64,000 bases of DNA from Trypanosoma brucei. Taxonomy: Eukaryota. The notes under the pieces were generated by a model. The model was not told where the DNA came from, did no database searches, and was given only the letters and a program-made list of their open reading frames with translations. The first letter of the stretch is position 1. Every line of letters begins with the position of its first letter. Shown here in pieces: positions 12,901-23,600 of the stretch. Both the position numbers and the translations under genes were made by a program. The stretch lies in assembly GCA_000002445.1 (NCBI GenBank), contig CM000208.1, positions 3,392,001-3,456,000 of the forward strand, written 5' to 3'.

Positions 12901-13193
12901 CTCCCGTTACGTGAGTGCTGTTTGCTTGAAAATGCAACGCGATAACTCCCATTGCGTTTTGCTGCGCCGCTGCGCCTGTAACCCCGCGGCGGAGGGGTGT
13001 TTGGTGACTTGTTGCTTATCACAGACGATTCCGCAACAAAACGGCGGTAGCGCCCCGTGCGCGTCGACCCAGGCGGACCAGCGGTAGACGTGCTGCTGTT
13101 ATCGTCATCGTCGTCATTGGGATCGCTCTCCGATGCATCGTTAAAGCGTTGGGGTGGAGGTGTTGCGTGTAATTCCTCCATCGAACTCATCAA
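9939..13193 (-). CDS. Serine/threonine protein kinase, STE-group-like (STE11/STE20-type catalytic motifs), with long low-complexity N-terminal region
   Basis: Kinase subdomains are recognisable in the central-to-C-terminal part. They are 'IGVGGFAKVYAG' (Gly loop), 'VAIKEI' (VAIK), 'HRDIKPANILV' (catalytic loop), 'DFGCCK' and 'GTPLYMAPE' (activation segment). Confidence 0.75.
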   Translation of the reverse strand: MMSSMEELHATPPPQRFNDASESDPNDDDDDNSSTSTAGPPGSTRTGRYRRFVAESSVISNKSPNTPPPRGYRRSGAAKRNGSYRVAFSSKQHSRNGRSLSNTSTVASLMGSVQEWSCSFCMFSPGRAAAPPQRSFLFSQRMSLGGGYVPLPNGGAHSSLSVSPRPCIESPRLDGWRHSIPFSPSHGASISGPAGTGDAGGVNASNSHVTGRASPSSASPSPLPGMYWFGLPSMAASGGTPPRSVAYYAMGGSPRLVNRGGSGCFTSAARKELSGLVRSLASHIALTGTPIGNGNTTHPVDIHKGPLIGVGGFAKVYAGVDCVTGSLVAIKEINMAEVNDQEGFRAISKEFGVLKSLKHPNIVSYIFFEHSVSQKVCRIVMELHTGGSTLSLLERFGPLQETILRRFSRHLLEAIAFIHQKGFLHRDIKPANILVSHDGVVKLCDFGCCKRVNELNKSTNCVIGTPLYMAPEFIKGEGTHKSDIWSMGCSLFELATGKLPWYHTGVRDHIPLMFYITTTSESPLVLPPNEEEFDFSPEFIHFLEQCFIRNVSQRPEAVELLKHPWITGRRLHPDSLFTGAGVSVSQNWQSTYGVADEEQLCQNELEEVSARISVEMCNVWIAGGIKGVPATPLRVSQQTELQHKSDDITNTLSAGERRPLELQATMGNSRSESPAASCFSGAGGASTSPTICLDAALHDTFSYTVPRGASAGNFVFPQSTSFSTSLTSPQYLRITDDGNLEFATVADDDQVEVSADIDDAFLNVPRVRTDGKHNFTLDACSKTPVYPGSINGPGANVLSNSPCNTPQVDPASNDNSNVSLTSTVRSSTCRNSRFVPLAHNQSMSLLSSSSFGSRVVSPSRYSQQALNISPTTSQCLQPLTRVTPSSPKPTSPSTAQSSEDVPREGASHLLPSSIRSRLPENVKRDVNGRLCMCFPVPTGDPEKCLRIPLNIDPEDVQCKVIERSPSLVVTFSDNIKAQITAKMNELSATGTTDNVESGLEGHSTVSRVGNSFFRGTVRASPNVRHSLGSTSRPRNLASITKSVVAVSDPHPHNYQGRRSGSSLCASLTYSSSTDGRTPTHSGDV

Positions 13194-13812
13194 GAAGGTG
13201 TCAGTGTTTCGCTTCTGCGGATAACCCCAACAATAACCCCTTTTTGGATGCGGCTTTGCTTTTCAATGTTCACAGGTTATGCTCGAAAAAATTTCCCCTC
13301 TTTCACCCCCTCCTCCTTTCTTTAACACGAGATTACCTTAACTTGTACGTATACACACGTATATACCCCCGTCCGACTTGTTATGATGAAATGCTTCCTC
13401 TCTTTTCCTCTCCAGATGGTCTGGGCAAACCAGACACGCACACAAGAGCAAAGAAAATACCAAAAAAAACCGACGGAATAAGCGCTGCTTACCGTTTCCT
13501 TAACCGCCGCGAAAACCTAAAAGAAGCCACACTGATGCACTCAGGGACATTAAACGGGGTGTGGAAGGGAACAACACGAAAAGGCGGAGCGATGAAGTAC
13601 AGAGATGTGTAAGCGGTGGAAACACGAGGAGGGGAAAGAGCAAATTCAGAACGTGACAGTGAGGTAAGGAAGGTAAGGCACTGGGACTGACAAACGCAAG
13701 CATAACATCTATTCTCCACCCCAACACGACCCGCACAAAAGCCATTAAAAGTCCGCACACTTATGCATACGTGGGTGCATGCAACACACGCACCTGTATG
13801 TGCAAAACCACG

Positions 13813-14826
13813 TCAGTTTTTTGCATGGTTGTCGGGGCGGAGGAATGGGAACTGATAATAAAGGGGCTCTAGCTCATCTTCCGTCATTGGTCGCTGTAAA
13901 CCACTTAACTGCAACAACTCCTCTTCAGACGATGCGTTAAGAGCTAGAGACGCAATAAAGGCGCATGTCAGTTGACGCAGTGGCTCCACAAGAAGAAAGT
14001 CACTCAAAAGCGCGACCTCCAGCAGCAGATCCACGGACCGCGGCGCCTTTTCCAAAATCGTTGAATAATAACTAGGTCTGGTGTCGTTTGTTGGAGCTCG
14101 TCCCCGTTTATCTGCGGTACCATCTTCGTCAATATGAGTTATGGCGTTCCTTACGTCGTCACCCATACAGCTGTACAGTAGGAATTCCAACTCCCACGGT
14201 TGCACAAGTTCTTCAAGGGGAGCACGAAGCGGCTTACTGAGCATGCTCGGCACCCGCTTGGTAATTAAGTCCAGGTATGTGAAGAGCGCCACACAACCCT
14301 TCTGCGTCGCTTGCGGTAGTATCACTGGTGGAAGGGAATTCGCAGGGTTCCCCTCAGTGCCGTTTGGCCTGCGCCCCATGTTGGGATCTTTAGGATCATA
14401 GTGCAGTGGCTCGAGCTGCAAATCTGAGGAATCCAACATTGTTTCCAACAACCGGCAGTACCGTGCCCCACGCACATGCAGCGCGAACTCATGCCGCTGT
14501 ACCGCTTCCTCTTTCGAGTTGATTAGAGACATGGCATTGTCACCCCATTTTTGTGTAGCGGTCACCGGGGGTCTTGGCCGGACATTGGTCTTCGTTGGGC
14601 TCCTTCGCCCATTAACTCTTGCAGACCTTTCCCTGCAATTTCGAGCACTGTGCAAGGTTGAACCTTCACTATCGGGGGGCGGTGGCGCCTTGCTGAGGGC
14701 AACCAACCTCAAGTACTCCTCTGATGGCAGCGGAGCATTGGGTGTTAGTTGAACAAAAATTGGCCGAATACCACCTTCGTTGCCTCCGACTCGGTTACTG
14801 TTTTCCACATCATCGAAAATGACCAT
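13813..14826 (-). CDS. SKP1-family (BTB/POZ-fold) protein, putative, with N-terminal extension
   Basis: The C-terminal half parallels the SKP1 dimerisation region. 'ELVQPWELEFLL' matches SKP1 'IPVWDQEFLKV'. 'LLLEVALLSDFLLVEPLRQLTCAFIASLALNASSEEELLQ...TEDELEPL' matches SKP1 '[40 protein letters not shown]...TEEEEAQV'. Similarity is moderate and elongin-C-like alternatives are not excluded. Confidence 0.45.
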   Translation of the reverse strand: MVIFDDVENSNRVGGNEGGIRPIFVQLTPNAPLPSEEYLRLVALSKAPPPPDSEGSTLHSARNCRERSARVNGRRSPTKTNVRPRPPVTATQKWGDNAMSLINSKEEAVQRHEFALHVRGARYCRLLETMLDSSDLQLEPLHYDPKDPNMGRRPNGTEGNPANSLPPVILPQATQKGCVALFTYLDLITKRVPSMLSKPLRAPLEELVQPWELEFLLYSCMGDDVRNAITHIDEDGTADKRGRAPTNDTRPSYYSTILEKAPRSVDLLLEVALLSDFLLVEPLRQLTCAFIASLALNASSEEELLQLSGLQRPMTEDELEPLYYQFPFLRPDNHAKN

Positions 14827-15231
14827 GGGTGACTCTCCTTCTCAAGCGGTTGTTCCTTCTTCTGAGTGGTAGGATCCGTGTAGCATACGTTTTTTAGAGG
14901 GCGCTGGTAAGCCGGCGACTCAGCACACAAATTAATGTGTTGCGTGGACGCACAACAAACGCGGAGTGACCCAAATGTTGTTTCTGCGGTTCCGTTTCCT
15001 TAAATAGCACTCCCGCAGCCTTTTACGCCTTATCCGATTGCGTCTAGAAACTCCTCCTTTTCGCACGTGGAATGTTCTGACGTTACGCGCGCCCTTATCT
15101 ACCTCAACACCGACCCCTTAGCTACTTACCTGCGTGAATCAAACCCTTCAAGCAGTGCGTGAATGTGTATATGCGTGTGTGCAAGGAAGGAGGAAACGAA
15201 AGGTAATAAAGGTCAGACAAGTGGTGTAACC

Positions 15232-15371
15232 GGGGGGGGGGTTCTGATACGGCCCACTAGGTGGTAAACACGAGTACAATTCATTCATTAAACAATTTCT
15301 ATGTAGGGAGCAAGGGACGTAGAGGCACAGCGTGCGCTGAAAATTTTAATACACAGTCTTCCCCCCCCCCC
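15232..15371. repeat. Homopolymer pair: G10 (15232-15241) and C11 (15361-15371) separated by about 120 nt
   Basis: Read directly: 'aaccgggggggggttctgatacgg' ... 'cagtcttccccccccccctacgg'. This is a potential 10-bp G:C long-range stem or simple homopolymer slippage tracts. Confidence 0.8.
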
Positions 15372-16110
15372 TACGGATGGGTACAGGCTGTGCTCTTTCT
15401 GGATTCATAATTTGTGATGGTGATCTTGTACTGATGTTTCCCCTCTATACACCACGCTAGCGCATGGGCACATACCAGTCTGACAACAGTGAGGAAGGAG
15501 TATAATCTACTACATGTGCTCCCTGCTCTTCTTTTGCAAGGTGATCCTTCCCTTCCCCCCTTCACCTGACCTCACAATAAACATTTGCTTGCGAAAACAC
15601 AACAACAACAAAAAAAAAAGAGACAGCCGCCATCGGCGACGAACGCACACTAACACCACGCGAGGAGACTCAGGGCGGTGACCGCTCCCCAATCCTCCTC
15701 CACTACCCCTAAGGGGCAGCGAAGAAAAATAGAATGAGAAAAAAAACAACAAAAAAGTGCTCTGGTGCGTGAATCCAGTAGTGTAAGAGAGGGGTTAGGG
15801 GGAACTGACAAAAAAAGGAAGGAAAAGCGAAGGCAAGGAAGACATGCGAGCAAATATATGAGAAAGCAAACACATCCTCACCAGAATGCGGAAGTGCCCG
15901 AACATTTTGTAGCATGGAACGAAATGAGGTGCGGGTAAATGTATGCGTGTCGCCACCGAGTTAATCACATATCACTGGCAGAAACAGGGCAGGACCAGAA
16001 GTAATGCCCGCGCAACGAAAGTTGAAAATATTTCTATCCACCACCCCTTTACCTCCTAACACATCTCCCTTGTTTCGTTCCATAGCCACTTCACGTCCCT
16101 CCGCGCAACG

Positions 16111-19100
16111 CTAACGCTTTCGTGCACGGGCAAGCGAATGCAGCGTCATTGCTGCTGCTCTTCGAACGGAGTCAGTAGAACCCCGCTCCGCAAGGCCCCC
16201 AAGGACTTCCACCGCATCCTGAGCAATCAGGGAATCTAACGCTGTGGCATGTCCACACAAGTTTTTAACACAAAGCACCGCCTCGCGAGCACAGTCCTCG
16301 GAACCGTGCTGAATAATGTACAGCAGCGAGTTTGTGAAGGATGAGGCTGCCGCGGTATTTCCCTTCGCATTCGGGTCCTTCCACTCGGCGACACAGCAAA
16401 GATTCTCGTCATTCGACGATGTGCTATTGCGAACTGCCAGAAGGCCATTCAGTACAGCATAGGCATGTGACACCGTGTTCTCTTTCTTGACGGTACCCGT
16501 ACCAAAAGTGCTTGAAGAAGTTGTCGCGCGGTTTACCGTGATAGTTGATGCTGTCGCAGTTGCAGTGTTAGCCGCTGATGCAGCGCCACTCGCACCCGCC
16601 GACTGGGGTGGGAAGGCAAGCGGCGCCTTCTCCGCAATAAGTTGAAGAAGGGCATGCAACCCGCCAAATTCACGCAGTTTTGCTCGGTTTTCTCGGCTGT
16701 TTACGGTTAATGACGATAGTGCTCCAGCAGCCTGTTCCAACACTACAGAAGGCTGGTCGGGCTCTAGCAGGAACCGGCAAAGGAGCTCTAGACCCCGTTC
16801 CTCTCGGGGCACCACCTTGTCGTCCCGCGAAAGATACCACAGAGCCGAAGCCACCGTCTCTTTGAGCTGAAGCGATGGTTGTTGCTGCTGCTGGCTTTGT
16901 GAAGTGTTCGACGAAGAACGCCTGGTGTTTTGACAACTTTCAGGGTACTGGTAGCAGTCGTCCACAACGTATACAAGTGCGCGCACAACTCCAGCCGAAA
17001 CCATCGTCTGCCTATTTTCCTGCACAGTCGAGCAGTTGCGAAGAATACCAACTATCTTCTCCTTCACACTCAACATCACCGGCACCACCACCTTCGCATT
17101 CTTCTCTTTTGCAGCCGTGGTTGATGATATTTCCAAGATCTTTGTTAGCAGAGGTATTCCCCCACTCAGTCGCACGCTATGCTTTATTTCAGGGGATATG
17201 GTGAGAATCCATAGGGTTGACGCTATTTTGTCAAGCGTTGGCATAATTATGCTCGACGGCTGTTGCACAATGCCTTGTTCAAGCTTCTTCAACAACAGTT
17301 CTACTCCACCAGCCTCACGAATAACTGGCTTATTTTGGTCGTTGATGGCACAGTTACGCAGTGTACCAGCCACATTATCAAGTATTTTGTCACTGATGGG
17401 AAGGTTTCCCCCGAGGTCATCCTTTGACCCTGAAGTAGTTGGAGCTTCGTTTCTCGACCTGCGCGGGTTGGTAGTCTGTGATTTCCTGTCTAGAACAGAT
17501 AAAAGCACAGGGATTGCACCCGCCTTGCGGATGGCGGGTCGCGTCTCCACTGCGGCACTGCAGTTCCACAACGTGCCGGAGGCGTTCTCCACAACACTCA
17601 CACTCGTGCTTTTTGCTATAAGATGGGCAAGCTCTGTGATACCACCATATTCAAGAATCTGTGTTTTGTTTTCGGAATCGACGCTAAGATTCCACAGTGC
17701 TCCAGCGGCGTTCTCTTGCACAAATTGTTGCGGGGAGCTTAAAAGTTCTATCAATGCGGGAATGCAGCCAATGTAACGAAGATAAGTCCGGTTCTCAGCG
17801 TTGCTGGCGCAGTTCCACACGGCCCCCGCTACCTTCGTCTGAATGGACTCATAGGGATGACGTAGTGTCGCAGTCAACTTCTCTAATCCGCCTGCCTCGC
17901 GGATGGCCACCTTAGAAGCCTCTTCTCGAGTGATATATCCAATAGTCATGGCAACATTCTCCAATATTGGTATAGAATCCGTATAGAGGAGATCGAGCAC
18001 CGCCCGGAGACCGCCGAGACGCCGCACCTCGTCACGCACCTTGTCTTCATCGTCATTGCGTGCTAAAAGGCTCCATAGAAGCACAAGTGATCTCTCAAGC
18101 ACTGCTTCCGAAGTGCAGGATGCTACAATGTTTACCAACGGCTGCAGACCACCTGCGGCAATGAATTCCTTCCTCCCATCCGGAAGTTGCCTCCTTCCCT
18201 CACCTGCGGGGTCTAGCACTTTGGAGGAAAGGCTCCTGCTGCCGCTGTTGGCGTTACTATTATTATTGTTATTGTTGCTGTTGATAATGAGAGGTGAAAG
18301 ACACTCCAGAACCTCGCACTTCACATCATCGTTGACGCTCTGAAGAAGGCGAATAAACGTGGTCACAACCGCACCATCCTTTAGCATTGTGTGAAGAAGT
18401 GACACGGCCACTGCCTCAGGTATCAATGTGGGTGAGCGCGACATGGGAACTGAGGGTGAATCAACCGTGCTTTGATTCCCAAACGCGGCTCTTACAACAT
18501 GCCCAAGTATCCGCAGCTCAGCCAGTTGTATCGGCGGGCGCGGATGCAAAATGTGCTTTAGCAAACCAACGAGAACTGTCGATACCTCCTTTTGTTGTGT
18601 TAACGTCCATGAAGACCTGCGGAAATTTTGTTCGTCATAACTCTCAATCGCATGTAGAAGAGTTGTCTCCTTCACATCGGGTAAACGTAACATAGAGAGG
18701 AGTGCATTCCCACTCGGACAGTTATTGTTGCCACTTCCACTACTGCCTCGAAACGACGAGTTCCCTTTGTCCGGTGGAGACCGGCGCGCTTGAATGTCGC
18801 CTTCGCTGCTTGACGACTCCTCGCTGCTTTCATCGGGGGCTACCTTTTCGCCTCTCTTTTCTCCTGTAGTATCAGGCGAGCTCGCGTCACCGCCATTTTC
18901 CGCTGGCATTCGTTGCTGAAACTTACCTGACACAACGGAGCGAGCGGAACGCCTTGGTGAGTTGGAGCTGGTTGGAACCTCGTTAGGCCCATCAATGGTG
19001 GCAGCGGCAGCAACTTCCGTGGTTGCGCCGACGTTCTCGCGCGGGGAGCGGCCAACCACATCGACCTCGCGCTCGAAGAATTCAGGCAACTCACCCATCA

Positions 19101-19512
19101 CCAACATGTTCATAGCAGTCTTGCAGAACGCCTTTTGTTGTGCCACCTCCTGGGCGCGACGCTCCAGTGACTGCAGCTGCGCCTCGACACGCGCCACCTC
19201 CGCTCGAAGCTTATCGTATGTGAGACGCACCGCCTCCATGTCTCGCAGTATTGCTTCTTCCTCGTTCGTAAGAGCCAACGACCGTTCAGCCACTATATCA
19301 CTTAAATGAGACATGGCCGAAGCAGCACGCGATGACAAGTCGCCATGGGCGAGGCCACCATTTGAAGAGCGCTGCTGCTGTGCCTTTGATGACTCACGAA
19401 TACTACGGACGAATTTCGAAAGCGGGCACTGGCCAGCCTCGTCGCCCTCTGAGAGTACAAGAACCAGTGCCGCAATGCGACCGTTCAGCATGTTCGGAGA
19501 AAGCGAGCACAT
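16111..19512 (-). CDS. Armadillo (ARM/beta-catenin-like) repeat protein with N-terminal coiled coil, putative
   Basis: The 1133-aa protein has repeated ARM-type units of about 42 aa carrying the Asn/Trp core: 'NAAGALWNLS', 'ASGTLWNCSA', 'VAGTLRNCAI', 'VAGAVWNCAS' and 'VASALWYLS'. A heptad-rich segment 'LTYDKLRAEVARVEAQLQSLERRAQEVAQQKAF' lies near the N-terminus. There is a poly-Asn tract (NNNNNNSNAN). Confidence 0.7.
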   Translation of the reverse strand: MCSLSPNMLNGRIAALVLVLSEGDEAGQCPLSKFVRSIRESSKAQQQRSSNGGLAHGDLSSRAASAMSHLSDIVAERSLALTNEEEAILRDMEAVRLTYDKLRAEVARVEAQLQSLERRAQEVAQQKAFCKTAMNMLVMGELPEFFEREVDVVGRSPRENVGATTEVAAAATIDGPNEVPTSSNSPRRSARSVVSGKFQQRMPAENGGDASSPDTTGEKRGEKVAPDESSEESSSSEGDIQARRSPPDKGNSSFRGSSGSGNNNCPSGNALLSMLRLPDVKETTLLHAIESYDEQNFRRSSWTLTQQKEVSTVLVGLLKHILHPRPPIQLAELRILGHVVRAAFGNQSTVDSPSVPMSRSPTLIPEAVAVSLLHTMLKDGAVVTTFIRLLQSVNDDVKCEVLECLSPLIINSNNNNNNSNANSGSRSLSSKVLDPAGEGRRQLPDGRKEFIAAGGLQPLVNIVASCTSEAVLERSLVLLWSLLARNDDEDKVRDEVRRLGGLRAVLDLLYTDSIPILENVAMTIGYITREEASKVAIREAGGLEKLTATLRHPYESIQTKVAGAVWNCASNAENRTYLRYIGCIPALIELLSSPQQFVQENAAGALWNLSVDSENKTQILEYGGITELAHLIAKSTSVSVVENASGTLWNCSAAVETRPAIRKAGAIPVLLSVLDRKSQTTNPRRSRNEAPTTSGSKDDLGGNLPISDKILDNVAGTLRNCAINDQNKPVIREAGGVELLLKKLEQGIVQQPSSIIMPTLDKIASTLWILTISPEIKHSVRLSGGIPLLTKILEISSTTAAKEKNAKVVVPVMLSVKEKIVGILRNCSTVQENRQTMVSAGVVRALVYVVDDCYQYPESCQNTRRSSSNTSQSQQQQQPSLQLKETVASALWYLSRDDKVVPREERGLELLCRFLLEPDQPSVVLEQAAGALSSLTVNSRENRAKLREFGGLHALLQLIAEKAPLAFPPQSAGASGAASAANTATATASTITVNRATTSSSTFGTGTVKKENTVSHAYAVLNGLLAVRNSTSSNDENLCCVAEWKDPNAKGNTAAASSFTNSLLYIIQHGSEDCAREAVLCVKNLCGHATALDSLIAQDAVEVLGGLAERGSTDSVRRAAAMTLHSLARARKR

Positions 19513-20619
19513 GAGTGAACACAGCTACGGCAAATAGGGGGGGGGGCAAAAAGTATGCACTCACACTCTGCGGTATGATAAGAAGAAACGACCAATGATA
19601 TTGATAGCGCGCTCGACACCGGGGACAAATTATTGCTCCTTACCGGTGCTTCAATTTTTCTTCTAAGGTCTACACCCTAAACTAAAGGTAACCCTACAAA
19701 AAAATATGTAGATTCAATAGAGCAATGGGAGTATGGGTTCTCGCAAAATAAAAAAAAAGGTGCAAAAAATTGTGAATACGTACCACGTGCGAGACATGTT
19801 TTTTTTATGATGCTGTTAACAGCAATTGTAGTTTCGTTACGGCTTCCTTCCTCTCACTTCATATATATACAGTAAAAAAATTCGACAACATGATCGTACA
19901 TTCTCAACACATTCCTACCTTTTTGCTCCATACCATTAGCTCACTTCAATCGACCTAGTATACATTGCAGTATCGCTCTCGCTGTGAAGGTGATGACAAT
20001 AACATTTATAGAAAGAAAGCCCTCCTCAGTTGCTCTCGCACACTAACATTTCAAATAAACAGCATCGGTTAATTCAACACGACAGTCGACACACTTACGA
20101 ACATCCGCTAATCATACCAGCGACCGAGGCTTCTTTGATCCGTACCACCTGTCAATAGCTAAACAGAGAATTGACGTAAACTTTGCCACGCTGCGAAACG
20201 TCAAGAAGGAGAAATTGGAGGAAAAAAAGAGAAAGTGATATCGTTCACGATGATGTTCAGACGGTATCCTCGCTCAAGGTCTGTGAAGTCGTGAGCGACA
20301 CCAGTAAAACACACACTGTAGAGCAGTAGCGGTAGCAGGGAGTGATCGCCCACACTGCCTTCTTAAACGTAAAATTTTTATACTTTCATGAGAAGGAAGT
20401 GGTTAGCCACTCCTGTTAATGGCGTTATAATAGTTTAGTTACACATGAAGTAGAACACCAAGGAGCCAGGAAAAGTTTCCCTGCGGAAGGGATCCACGAC
20501 ATCAGAACTGGATTTGCGCATAGCCCGAAGGTGTCAAACAGTGCACCTACGATTGCACATGGACACTCATATACCGTATTCAGGTCACGCAGAAGACAAA
20601 AAATGCTGAGTGTGAGCAC

Positions 20620-23600
20620 CTACACGCGTGTTGTTATCTCACCTTTACGTCTCTTGGTCTTTGCAACCTTCTTCCCACGTAGCGAGAGATCAAGCGGCGC
20701 CACCACGTGACCTTGCCGTACTTCCACACGTGGCTGGTTTGCTTCCTTGAAAGAAATGGCAGAATTCCACTCAGGACCGTACGGGTGCCGCATTGAACGT
20801 GCAAACTCAGTTGGGTTACTAAAAGGGCGCGGAATCATGTGCAACAACATCCGATCTGGCACAAGCTCTACACCGTCATGATTGATGATAACATGATCAA
20901 GCGCGGCATCGGCACGGCTTTTTAGCAACGTTGTCTTCTGGATTTCTCGCTGTAGCTCCATTTCATGTAACTTCGCCTGATGCTTAATATTCAGGCGGGG
21001 GTCACTCCCTCCCCACTCCCCCCACCCGGGAAGAGTGGCGTTCTTGTCCACAGGCTTCATGATGTTGGTTACTTGTGCAGTCTTCTCAGCAAGAAAGTCG
21101 GCATCGACATCATCCTGCGCGAATGCACGAGCGATAAGATACTCCTGCTGCTTCAGAAGGGCTTCCTCATCGTCTCCTTCCTCCCGCGAATTTTCTTGCT
21201 GAGCGACGCCCATTTTGTTGGTGGGGTTTGACGCAGTTGTCCCCTTTCTCTCGCTTTCGCCAAATGAAGAGGACTGATCTCGAGGTCGCTTAGTCACTTT
21301 AGGGAGGATAGTTGTGCGCGTGCTGATCGATCTCTTTCCCGCCGTGGAAGGTGTGGGGGTATCTATGCTTAACGCGGGAGGTGGAACAGTTTTGGCCTTC
21401 CGCAATCCGGCAAATTCACCTTTTGGCTTGGTCCTGTCCACCTTTCCCTTCACAATAGGAGCAGGCCTAGTATTCTCAATCACAGCCTCATCATCACTTC
21501 CGCTCTCTCTCATCGGCCCCTCTTCATCCCCTCCTTCAGACGACTCACCGACGTTGTTCTGGGAGGTTTCTTTTTGTTGCCCCTCTCTGGCATCAATACC
21601 GCGCCTGCGCTTAAGTTGGATGTTTTCCATCACCTTAACAGTTGTTTTGCCACCATCCTCTTTACCCTCTTTCTGGAAAGTTAAACGACCGAGGCTAGCG
21701 TTGGACTTCGCGGGGAGACTACGGGGCGCTCCGACACGCCTGGGTTCAGCCGCGTCCAAATCCTCAACGTCCTCAGGGAAATCGGACGGCTCGTCGTCAC
21801 TGTCGACGGCTTCACCACATGCTTTCCGGCGAATATCCTCCTGAATTTGATCCAATACCTCCTCGTAGCGTTTCTCCTCGCGCTCCTTTGCTTGTTGCAT
21901 AAACTTCATCCCACGTAGCTCAGCACGTGCCTTTTCAGTTGGTGTCATGTTGGCCGCTGCAACTACCTGACTCTCCTCCACATCATCATCAACACCGCGC
22001 CAAAGAAGAGAGGTCAACTTCTTTTTACTGCTATCGGTGCCGTGGGCCCCTTCTTGGCCTGAAAGTTTTTCAGTGGCATCAGCAATGATACGGTCAACCA
22101 CACGTTCTTCCTCACTTGAAGCCTCGCTCCCACCGCCATCCTCATTTGCGGCATTAAGAAAGGCATCGGCATCGGCATCCTCCTCCATTTTGCGCATAAG
22201 TCGGTCGTGTAACATGTGTTGTTCGTTTATCGCATCCTTTGTGGCCTCGTCGAACTGGGCAAAACGTTTCGCGTGCCGCACCCACTTGCTTGTGTTTTTG
22301 TGCTTCTGAGTTATCCGCTCCTCCACTCGAGCCTTCATCAGCCTCTCGGCAAGTTTGGCGCGTGCCTTTTCTGGATGGAGCAGCTCAAAAGCCTTTTCCC
22401 GCCGCTCCCTCTCGCGCTCCTTTTCGTGTCGTAATATACGACGGTAAGTTTTGCTTTTAATGCGATTGACGCGGCGGCGGCGTGCGTTCTCATACGACAG
22501 CATCGCTTTCAACTTTGCCATATAACTCGTTGTCGGGGCGTCGCTCTCCCGGCCTCTGCGTCGGCACAAGTCGCCTGTGTCTTCAACACCGTCATCATTA
22601 TCGTTAGTGTCAAACGGTACGATGCCATCGCCCCTTTGCTCAGACACTAGTTGGGCTTTTGAAATTCCCGCCTTCGTCAGCAATGAGTTGACCTTTCCCG
22701 CTAACCGAAATGCGGACGTGCGCGTCGCATTTCCGGTCATACCATCTGTAGCAATTGACGTTGCAGAAGTGGTCGCTCCCTCATGTTTGTCCACGACAAG
22801 ATTTGCTTCAGCCGCTGCAACAATTGCACCTAGTGTCGACGGCACTGGATTGCTTTCTGGCATTCGCATAGGTAGTTGTATGTGCTTCGACTCATGGTAG
22901 CTTCGCAAAAAACTCTTATATTTCTCCAGGTCTTGTGACACCACCTCCCGAACTTTTTCGCGCATTGCTCTCTCTTTTGTATAATCGTCCACGTCAACGC
23001 TTATAAGGTTATTCTTGTTAGCCAAGCTCCGCTGCAACCTTGATTGCGCCGCCGTTTTGGGAGCTGCAGCAATCATTTCCTGCATAGCGCTACCGAACTT
23101 GCTATCTGTCACACCAGAGGCAGGTCCATAAATCGACTCGTCCTCCTCTGTTACCCCCGAGCGGCGGCGTTTCTTGGTAATTCCGTCCTCGTCGACTCTC
23201 TTCTTTTTCTTTTTTCTTCGAGTTGCAGCTGTTTCACCTCGGTTGCTGTCCTCAGCACCCTGGGCGGCATCGAGCATGTCGGCAATGTCTATGCAATCAT
23301 CATCATCATCATCGTCCTTTTCGTGGAAATCCAAGTCTTCGGGGCCGTCAATCTCGCCGAGGGCACGAAGCTGCTGGAGCAGCAGCGCATTATCTTCACC
23401 GTCCATATCGTCCTCTCCTTCACATCGTTTGCCACTTGGCTTCTTGCCGTTTTGCTTCGACCTCGCTTTTGGGGGAGCCAGGGCCTCACTGGTCCTCTTC
23501 TTGGTGAAGAAGTGCCCATACATTTCTTCATCGTCGCTATTGAAGGCTAAGTCGTCATCGATATCCTCATCAAATTCTGGAGGTATTAACGGATTGTTTA

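Noticed and set aside
17036-17776. 246-aa plus-strand ORF
   Set aside because: It lies entirely antisense within the armadillo-repeat CDS. It is low-complexity and hydrophobic, with no motifs. It is a typical shadow ORF of a GC-moderate gene on the opposite strand.
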